From Orbicella franksi (lineage: Eukaryota), in NCBI GenBank assembly GCA_964199315.1, contig OZ116701.1, positions 1,302,001-1,366,000 on the forward strand: a DNA stretch of 64,000 nucleotides. The letters run 5' to 3'. The position numbers and the translations under genes were made by a program. Below the pieces are notes generated by a model that had not been told where the DNA came from, ran no database searches, and was given only the letters and a program-made list of their open reading frames with translations. Positions 54,754 through 64,000 of the stretch are shown here, piece by piece. How positions within the stretch are numbered: position 1 is the first letter of the stretch; each line of letters starts with the position of its first letter.

Positions 54754-55237
54754 GAATTCATTCAATCCCTGGACAACCCTACAAAGGATGACTTTGCTGG
54801 TTAAATTACTGAGTATGGGCAGGGGCAGTTTGGACTTTGCTAAACAACTAGTTGCAGACAACATACCCGACGAGCCTACACCTCTAACTGACCTTCCATG
54901 GTGTCAGTGTCGTGTTTGTGTGCCAATGGAAACAGAGCAAGAAAATGTCTGTTGCAAGAAACGCCAGTGCATCACTTCTTATAGAACCTTAAATAACATT
55001 TGCTTGGATAGAGACATTCTTGAAGTGTGCATAAAGGCACGCTGTGATATCAGAGCTGATGAATTCAATTTTTCCATGGAAAGCTTCCGCAAAGCAGCCT
55101 ATCGCCAGTTCGCTCTCTGGAAATATGGAAAATTGGGTAGAGGGAACAGACGCGTCCTACCTGCCTGTGCAGTAAGGATGATTCGACAAGCATACCCTTC
55201 TCCTGATGGGAGATACATGGGATTTAGAAATAACTGA
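54754..55237 (+). CDS. KolX-type protein, P2X7 cytoplasmic ballast-homologous Zn-binding domain
   Basis: ORF 54788-55237: LPWCQCRVCVPMETEQENVCCKKRQCITS...CLDRDILE...FRKAAYRQFALWKYGKLGRGNRRVLPACAVRMIRQAYPSPDGRYMGF, which matches the WCxCxxC/CC/AYR..W/LPxC..IR..P..G.Y.GF pattern of the P2X7 ballast. Acceptor TTCTTGCTAG at 54753. Confidence 0.85.
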
Positions 55238-55878
55238 CATGTGAACAGCTGTCACTCATGCATACTGCATATTATCAGCCTGATCAGCAACACATATTCC
55301 CTTCCGTGCCCAGTTTTACCTCGGTCTGGATCATTAATTAGGTAGTCTGGCCATTAGCATTACTAAAAATGGACACTGGACACCTGATACCTGTGGTCAT
55401 CAATATCATTGTTAACAGTTTACATGGCCATTTTGTTTAGTAGGGAGATTAACACAAAAGTCTTGAACAGAAAATGAACTTCATCAAGACATTTTTATTC
55501 TGATGTTGCTATTTCTATACATTAAAAGAACCTACTTTTTTCTGCACATAACAAGTACTGGATTTATATTAATTTTTGTTGAAACTGATGTAATTCAAAA
55601 CTATTGCTAGCTTTCCTTTGCTATTACTAAAATAAGTTCAGTCCATCAGCTTGCTGTAGATGTCTAAAATAACAAATCCCATTTGAAATGGGACTTTTCT
55701 CTGCTTGTGCACCTGCTAGGACTTAACATGAATATGAAATATTGTTTTGTTCAAACTTTCTATGTAAAAGGGAAAGCCCTTAATTCATTTGTACAAAATT
55801 TTAATAAATACATGGACATTTTAGAAACAGTTTCGGATGTAGAAAGATTTAGTATGCTGTGACATAGTTCCAATGCTC

Positions 55879-58800
55879 TCATTTTACCTTTTTTTCAAAA
55901 CGAGAAGGTCCTTTCATCAACTCCTCAGTTGGATCAAATTCATTCATTCTATCAGAAGGCAATGTGAAACTGCCCTCATGCATGGAGCACCTGTGCAGCA
56001 TTTTTGCTTCAAGGAATGGGAAATAACTGAAAGACTTTTCTTCTTTCACAATTTCGGCATGAAATTTTTGAGACCTTTTTGAATATTTTCTATGGCCTTG
56101 CTCTTTTCCTGCTATGGTTAGTTTTGATTTTCTTGACAAGTGCATGTTGTGGTCAATTGCAGCCAAAGTCACTCTCATGATGAAGTAAGGATACCTAGTA
56201 GAAGGTGATCAGATAATACATAGTTATTACCTGTAACACACAAATTAAATCAATTAATTGGTTTCACTTGAATCTATAGTGGTTTTAAATTCAGTGTTGT
56301 AAAACCAAAACCAAACCAATTGCTTAACAATTACCAGTAGACTTATAAGCCATTCTAGTGAAACCAAAACAAAAGTAACTGCCTGATTACTCTCAACACC
56401 CAACTGAAAACCGCTTCAATGAAGTGAACAACTCCAATGTTTTAGAAGCAACATTGCTCAGCAAAATAATCAGCTTCTTTTCCACAATTTTATTTCCAGA
56501 CAAGCTCAAAGTTGTTAATGGTTCCAGTGTAATCATGACTACACTTGCAGACCACACTACACTAAATTAAGATGAATATAAAGTCTGTATTGGGAAACTA
56601 ACAGAGGACCACAATATTATTTAGTTGTTGCTCAAATTTCTTTGTTCATTACTCACACTGTTTAACCCCGCAGGGACTCAACAAACAGAACCTTGCATGT
56701 AATAAGGACTTCGAAATATTTAATCTTAATATGTTAATTTTGTTACTTACTCGAATGCCATTCTTTTTGGAACATATTTTGTCATCACGCTGTTATATGA
56801 CTCCAACACGCTGGTGTGTCTGAAATGGACAAGAAACTGCTCTGATCCAATCAATCATTTAGGAAACAATCCAAGATAATTGTACATAACTGTTTCAACA
56901 TATTCCCCCACTAGCCCCTGGCAAGTACCTGAATCTCACGTAGTAGTGAAGTGTATTGAGCCATTTTGGATCAAGCACTATCTTGTGTAGTGCAGTCATG
57001 GCTTTGGACCCCTTTTCCAAGTACTTCTTGTTGCTTTCCATGTCATTGATAGGATCATGCTTGCACTGCCCTGTGGCCCATGTGTGCTCTCCACAGACAT
57101 GATGGAGTACACCACACCAAGTTTCCTTTTTTGGAAGTGAAAGTATTAAGAATAATTACAACAATGTAGTACAAAATTGTACGCTACAAACAGAACTTGC
57201 ACAATCTATGATAGCAGTCGTTGAGAGCAGTTCAATGACTTAAGCCAAACATTGCATTCGGATGTTGATATCAATTATTTCGATGTACATGTACAATACA
57301 ATCTCAATTCTCTTCTCCCTCTCAAGACACTCCATGGAAGAGAAAGTAGTTTAGATACAATTACTCCTAAAGGAAAAAAAATAGTGTAGCACCTTCAGCT
57401 CTTCAACACTTCCACTACAACCTTGACTGCAAAACCACAGCTCACCACAGCCTTTAATCTTGGCAACCTAATGCAGTAAAAATGTGAAATTATTAATTGA
57501 TACATAGCACATTTCATGATCCTGCAATTCAATACAGATTTAATTTGCAAAAGAGGCTGGTCAAAGTCCTGTATGACCAGTTTTGCTTGCTATGTAAGTG
57601 AAGGATGGAAACTGAAATAATAGAACATTCTCAAAACTACTGGCTGAACTTACCTGATGAAGAGCTTTGTTCAGCTTCTTGGCCTTGTGCCATATAGCAA
57701 GCGAATGGAATAGCTCCATCAGTTGGGGAAACTTTTCTGTTAACATCAAAAGAAAAATAAACATTAGAACAAACTTTTCTACATAAACCATGAATAACTC
57801 TTGCTATGTCTAAGTGGTCATGCTCACCATACATTTGAAAATATTAAACCTGAAATTAGTTAATTGATTTATTGGTATTTGTCTTTTCTTCTTATATTTG
57901 TAAATCTGAGAGAGTACAAAATAAAGATTTGTTGTCATCAACTGTTGCAAAAGCTAACTAGAGGGAAAAAAGGGTCATATATCAAATAAGAATACACTAA
58001 AATCATGTTGCATTGTTTTCGAAAATTTGTGAGAATTTCTTTCTTTTTTCCCCCCTCAGGTAGGGTTTTATGGATCCCACTGTTATATATGAAAAATTGA
58101 GGCCAGCAAATGGACCTCATCTAGAGACAACCACTTAGGTTTTGGCAAACAAAATTTTATCATTGATTTACACACCTTTTAAATCCCTGACAAGTTTGAT
58201 GATTGTTGGGGAGGCATCTGTCGTTATTTCATCAAATGGAAATATGGTTGACATTCTCTCCTGTAACCTTCTCAGTGCCTCTTTTTCCATTCCAGTGGAG
58301 TTGCCTCCAGTCTCTCTTTTGTCTATGACTTCAAAGTCAACTACAATGTTGGTGAATTGCTCCATGAGGGTGTAAACGCAGTAGCGGGCACTGTGACCTG
58401 GGGAGTCATTACAACCATCTCCACATAGGCACACATCCTCATACTCTTCAAATAGCTTCTTCACTATCTCATTCATTTCCATCCATACCTCCTCCACCAC
58501 TGGCGCAGCACAATGCTCCTGGAAATGCATAAATGTGTTTCGTCCCACCACATTTAGGCCAAGGGCTTTACAAAGCAGGCTGAATTTCTCGTAGTTGTTG
58601 CCTGAGATGATAATCACTGCAGGCAACAAGGAATCATTTAGATAAATAGATTGATTCCTTTTTAGGGTAAGCACCTCGGAGGACACCCACTTTTTGCTGT
58701 GGCCATTGGTACATTTTGAGAGCAACTCCAGATTCCCACTACCAGTCTTGGTCTCATGGGTCAATGGGCCACTGCACACATGCCCATCAGTCTCCACTGT

Positions 58801-61283
58801 GCAGTTAGACCCAGCCAGCTCTAGTAGTTTTTCCGCTGAAACAATGAAGCGACTTCTTTCATGAAGAACTGCAAATTCTTTTAATTCATTACCGATGTTA
58901 GTCAGTTTGGCCAATGAATTTTCTAAGTCAAGTAACAGCTTCTCCCTGTTGTCAATAACTTTCCTAGAAGTAGATGGCTCTTCATTTGGTGCTGACTCAA
59001 TGGCTATACCACAATCTCGGGGAGCTTGTACAACATCATCCATAATAACAGCTTCCTCCTCAGCAGGTAGAGGTTGTAAAGTTGGTAAGGACATCTGTGA
59101 CACGCTGACCACATCTTCCACCATGGTGATTGTACGCTCATCATCTTCAACACTTATCTCCATATCTTCACAAACCAACTTGGTGTCATCATCATTGTCA
59201 AGTTCCAATTCATGACTATAAGCAAATGAAGAAAAAATCAAATTGTGCAACTTGTATGTAGAAACCCTTCCTCATTCCTACATTCATAATTTTCAGTTGC
59301 TGCTTTGATCTGCTCTTAATTACTACCCAAAAAATGAAAACTTCTTTTACAATTTAAAATACTGACACTAGGTATAAGACAGAGTTCAGCAGAATAGCAA
59401 CTGCACTTTTCTACAATTGAATCCTCATTGTGCTACTGTACCTTTGAGCAGCACCTCATTCATTACAGCTACTGAATAGAGAACAAACTAGATAGAAATA
59501 ATGGTACTCACCTCTGCATTGCGCCATTAACCCTTAAATCAAAATAGTCATCATCTTCATCACTACTGTCAAGGTCATCACTGTCATCAGAATCGGTATC
59601 ACTGCATCTCAGCTGGTCAATAACAGAGTGCATCCTACCAAAGAAAATAAAAATGGACATTAACATAGATCAAGTCACAATTTTCAGCAAAACAACATCA
59701 TCAACAACAATAGTTTATGGGTATCTCAAAGAAATATAAGTATTTTGGTATATAATGTATTTGACAGAAAATAGGTAAAACCGAATCCGAAACAACTTTT
59801 AGAAACCAAACTGGTAATGTACCATCAAGCAAATCTGAATCATTCATATTTCAATGACAGTGCACTTGGCAACCCCAAAATAGTTAGTGACTTGTACCAC
59901 TGATTTTTTAGTATTTTTGCCAACAAGCAAGCAATGGTTTACTCTATATGTGTCCAAATTATAGCAGTACCTGTTTGTGAAATGTTGCTCTCCACTAAAC
60001 ACACCAAAGCTGTCAGTACTACTTGTGGAGTTGTCAGAACCAACTGAGGCAGCATCATCACCATCATTTATGTCTCCGTCTTGTCGCAACACTGAAAAGG
60101 GATTTCCAACAACTGTGCCAAAGGAGATGTTTGCTCTCTGCAACTGAACACTCTGCATGGATGTGCATTCACCAACAGAGGTCACACCTGTTACATCAAC
60201 ATTCCTAGGGACAAGACAAAATTTGTTATTGTGTACTATCATGAAAATATTGATGGAACTATTATGGCCGCTCAGGACTACCCGTTGCGTCCTGCAAGAA
60301 AAATTTCACCGAAAGCAAAATAATAAGTCCTTTTTTTTCCCTTTGTTTGGTCAAAGTGGCTCGATATTGGACTCATTCATTTTTTTTGCGAGTTTATGGA
60401 CCTCGACTCTGTCTCGGTCCATACACACACACAAAAAAGAACTTGGCCAATATCCAGCCATCTTGACCTTACACTTGGTCAACAAGCCATACATATTTTA
60501 TAGTAAACCAATAAGCTTATAAAAATAATGCTTCAAACTATTTGATTAGTCACTCTAGTCTTCTTTAGTCCATATTTTTACGACAACATTTACACAAAAA
60601 AAGCTTTAGAAAAATGACCTTAAATATAAAAAGAGATGGACTTACGAGTTTGAGAGGCTTGGAGAATCAAGAGGACGCTGCCAACGAGGCATCACGCAAA
60701 CAGGGGTCAAACTTAGAGGTGCAACAGAGCCTGAAAAAGACAGAGACACCAAGGCTTTTTTAACATGTTCTATTGTAATAAATCAAGTTATAAAAGAAAA
60801 AAACCGGCTGCTAAGACAACTACAAGAAGAGAATAATGAAAACAAATTTCAACACTTTTTATGATCCGAGATAAAGGGAGACAAAGGTAACCGCCGGTGT
60901 GAAGACTTATTTCCACAAGTTGTGTATGCTTACCAAGATCGTATGAAGGTAACTCATCCCCACCGGGAGAAGGGTCTCCGTCAGCTCTAAAGCAAAATGT
61001 AATCACAAATTCGCATAAGTTACCACCTCAGTACCAGCAATATAAGCTTAGGTTCCATCGCCCAAACAACAAGAACGTTTCTTTTTAGACGCGGTCGAAA
61101 GCTCATGTAAAGCAAGCTTACCTTTGATGTAGAAGATATTCTGCAAATTCGCTATCCGTGAACTTCCCCAGAATGTCTTTCCTCTCTCGAAAGATTAAAT
61201 ACGGACTGGCGAAGATGAATATACTTAGTGGAACCCAGTAAACGGGGCCTTTCAACATGCGCAGTTCTCTCCTTATCTGCCAT
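55879..61283 (-). CDS. Kolobok-type DDE transposase, 11 exons, ~812 aa, probably disabled (frameshift in exon 1)
   Basis: Minus-strand exons with GT-AG and matching phases: 61283-61122, 60986-60934, 60730-60646, 60204-59971, 59634-59512, 59215-58176, 57736-57654, 57467-57393, 57125-56929, 56819-56751, 56194-55879. Motifs: LCGDGCNDSPGHSARYC (1st D), EITTDAS (2nd D), HSLAIWH, HHVCGEHTW..GQCKH, RHTSVLESYNS (E), RVTLAAIDHN. The exon sum 2437 nt is off-frame, explained by a shift near 61190. Confidence 0.87.
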
Positions 61284-62755
61284 TACTGATCTCAGTCACA
61301 CCACAGCTAGATGCTCACACAAAATGATCGAACTGAATGCCTTATTTAAAAACTTTATCCGAAATATCGATGAAAAGGAAGAATATAATAACAAAGAAAC
61401 CTATTTACATTAATTACAGTAACTGAAATGGAAAAATAACCACGGTTTGAAATGGAAGTGAGAGGCGCGCAATGCATTAAGGGTGAAACTGGGCCTTTAA
61501 ACATGTACAGGATGTGTATCACTGCTTCCCCCTCACCCCCACCCCTCCTCTTTACCAAGTCTACTCCCATTTCTTTCCCCAGCCTCTTAAAATCCACAAT
61601 TTACACCCATACAAATCGGTCAGTCTCTATAAACTTTTACACTCCTAACAAAGTTCTCAACTGTCCCTGACACAACGGTGACAATTTCATACAGCGCCTC
61701 TTTAATCGCTAACATATCCCCGTAGGCAGACCTAGGTGAAAGTGTAGATAAAACGTAAAGATTCAAAATGACTACTACCTCACTCCCCCTCCCTCGCTTC
61801 CAAGAGAAGCAACGCCCTGAAGTTAGAGGAAAATTCTACTGTTTGTTTAAAACAATAAGTTGCCTAAAGATGTTAACGAAAACACTTGTTCCAAGCTCCT
61901 CTTTCTAACAGCTAACAACATCACCTCGTAGCATATGATGGAGACAACTGCCTCGTGTACGGAAATATGGTGCAATACTGTTTACTAACCTCTTCCACAA
62001 CAGTTGTCTCTCACTCCATCCTGAAAAGAAATCTTTGTTTTAGTTCTTCAGTGCACTTAGTTATTAATTTAGTTACTCATCCCCTAATTGTAAATAACTG
62101 CTCTTGCCCATTGCTGGTCGTAATATCGTGCTACACTTAGTACTTCTACAAATCAGTAATCCCTTGCCTTTATTTGATCTGTTATTAGAAGATCTTGCAC
62201 ACCATAGGGAGTGGTTTTTACTTCATTGAAACACTATCAAGAAAACTTTTCTCAATAAATTGAAATTGATAAAAGCACTTTTTATTTTCTGTTCTATTTC
62301 GCCATGTACAGAATCACATCATTTTGGCCTTTTCTTTTTGTTCATTTGGGCAGGTTCATCATTGTTAACCAGAATTACCACTTACTCCTCCTCCTCTTCC
62401 TCGAACGTCAAACCCTCCATCCTGAAAAGAAATGTTTGTTTTAGTTCTTCATTGCACTTAGTTCTTAATTTTGTTACTCATCGCCTAATAACCCTTTCCC
62501 TTTATTCTGCTAACTGGAGTCCATTTTGTAAACGGCTACTGGGACTTCACTTTAAGAGAACATTATCGGCTTTAGTATTTCTATGCAACGCTTTTAGCAT
62601 AGTTAGAATTATCCCACAGAGCAAAGATTTTTGTCTGAAGTTCTTTTCTCTTTCTCTGCTGTATACACCAAAACTTCTCATAAACGAGATTCTTTCTTTG
62701 TACGGCCAGCGCAAAAATTCAAACATTGGACGTATCGAGGGGTTGTTCGGGTAGC

Positions 62756-63630
62756 TACCGTATATACCCGTGTATTAGTCAATCCCGTGTATAAGTCGAC
62801 CCCCAATTTTTGAGGCAAAAAACTAGATTTTCTTAATTTCCAGGTGAGAATTTCTTGGAAAACTTATCTTGTATTTCTTAAAATTATCTTTCAGCTACCA
62901 CAGATATGTAAACAAATCACAGCATGTTTCAACGTGCAGTTTTAAAGCTTATTATGGCACGTATACGAGCGTTTTACCCAGTTTAGCAACACATGTGCAT
63001 GCAGACTTTTCGATGATAATTTTTGTAAAATGCTCACAAAAATCAAACGTAAGGATTTCAAACAAGCCTTTTTAAGTGCGAAGAGATTAAAAGTGGCTTT
63101 ATAAGACAGGCAAAACACCAAAGAAGCTCACGACTTTCAGAACGATGCCATAAACAAAGTGCAAAGCGTGTGTTGGGAACTTGGTAGTCAAGCCTTGAAA
63201 TCAGTCAAGTACTGGTACAGAAGTCCTCGCACTCGTATCCTGCCAGGTTACCAAGCAGAGAAGTTCCAAGCGCGAAAGATATTTTCTCCGAGCAGCTTTA
63301 CTACAGCTTTATTTAAAGGAAAAATATTGGTTCTTTATGACAAAATTGAGCCAGTGAGTGTCTACAAGATTCAGGTTAAAATTTAACGGATAAATGTTGA
63401 TGCATTTTAACTTGAAGCTCTGATATGGAGAGACAGATCGCTAAGCGAACGTACATTGTAAACTGTGCTGCCGTTTATCACATGTTTGTTAACATTGAAA
63501 GATAATTATTATGCTAATTATTTGACTGGTGCTTGGATCTCAAGTTTTGACCCATGTATAAGTCGAGGGTGAATTTTTGGACTGATTTTTAGGTCTTGAA
63601 AGGTCGACTTATACACGGGAAAATACGGTA
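62756..63630. mobile_element. Tc1/mariner (pogo-like) non-autonomous element
   Basis: TACCGTATATACCCGTGTA ... TACACGGGAAAATACGGTA TIRs including TA. Confidence 0.8.
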
Positions 63631-64000
63631 TGTAGAACCCCTAAACTCAATTGACAATTGTTTAAACATTAGCCATTAAGTTAACAAACAACAATGAGAA
63701 ATAGAGTTACCGTTCACCAGGTTAGTTCTAACTTATCAGTTACGATTAACGGGGTTACCGAAAAAAAGTGAGTGGCCGCTATAGTCCGCATTTCATTGAA
63801 CTTAAACCGGGTTAAAAGGTTACCATGGCACAAACAAGTGCATAATCTTCTACTGAACATTATGAATTGTAACTACAGTTCAATAGAGTTGTATTACCAG
63901 AGTGTATTTCTACTTTTTACTGATATGCTACTGCTATACCATATCAGTGGAGTTTGCAAGGAAGCAATTTACGCCTCAACCATGGCCCTAACAGGAAGCG

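Larger units (their letters stand above)
51881..61496. mobile_element. Full-length Kolobok-superfamily DNA transposon (9616 bp)
   Basis: TTAA at 51877-51880 and 61497-61500 flanks perfect 16-bp TIRs AGGCCCAGTTTCACCC (51881-51896) / GGGTGAAACTGGGCCT (61481-61496), with a further matching GCATTGCG at TIR offset 22-29. Termini 5'-AG...CT-3', a TTAA TSD and a convergent DDE transposase plus KolX-like gene are the Kolobok hallmarks. Confidence 0.9.

Noticed and set aside
54788-55237. A genuine P2X7 purinoceptor gene
   Set aside because: No transmembrane or ectodomain exons; only the ballast-like domain, and it lies inside TIRs.
62548-62600. Kinase-like LHRNTKADNVLL on the minus strand
   Set aside because: Catalytic Asp absent, immediately followed by a stop, and no other kinase subdomains seen.

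Overview
Eukaryotic, intron-rich, repeat-rich genomic DNA with two N-gaps. The gene content and repeat landscape suggest a cnidarian, probably a stony coral (inference only). (1) 5870-26423 (+): an 18-coding-exon, ~1017-aa secreted ADAMTS-like/papilin-like gene with signal peptide, TSP1, Cys-rich, spacer, 6xTSP1, Thr/Pro mucin stalk, 2xIg and PLAC. It has no protease and no Kunitz domain. (2) 30182-34885 (+): the first two coding exons of a VWA5A-like (VIT + VWA) gene; I could not find its remaining exons in the window. (3) Many MITEs and SINE fragments, a 21-bp minisatellite whose antisense frame is an open heptad repeat, and an ~80-bp satellite split into islands by inserts, with a nascent higher-order repeat. 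(4) 51881-61496: a full-length 9.6-kb Kolobok-type DNA transposon with perfect 16-bp TIRs and a TTAA target duplication. It carries an 11-exon DDE transposase (-) whose N-terminus looks ribbon-helix-helix-like rather than THAP. Convergent to it is a KolX-type locus (+) with a 9-Cys CXC module and a P2X7-ballast-homologous domain. The transposase has a frameshift, and further lesions in both genes are inferred from family consensus.
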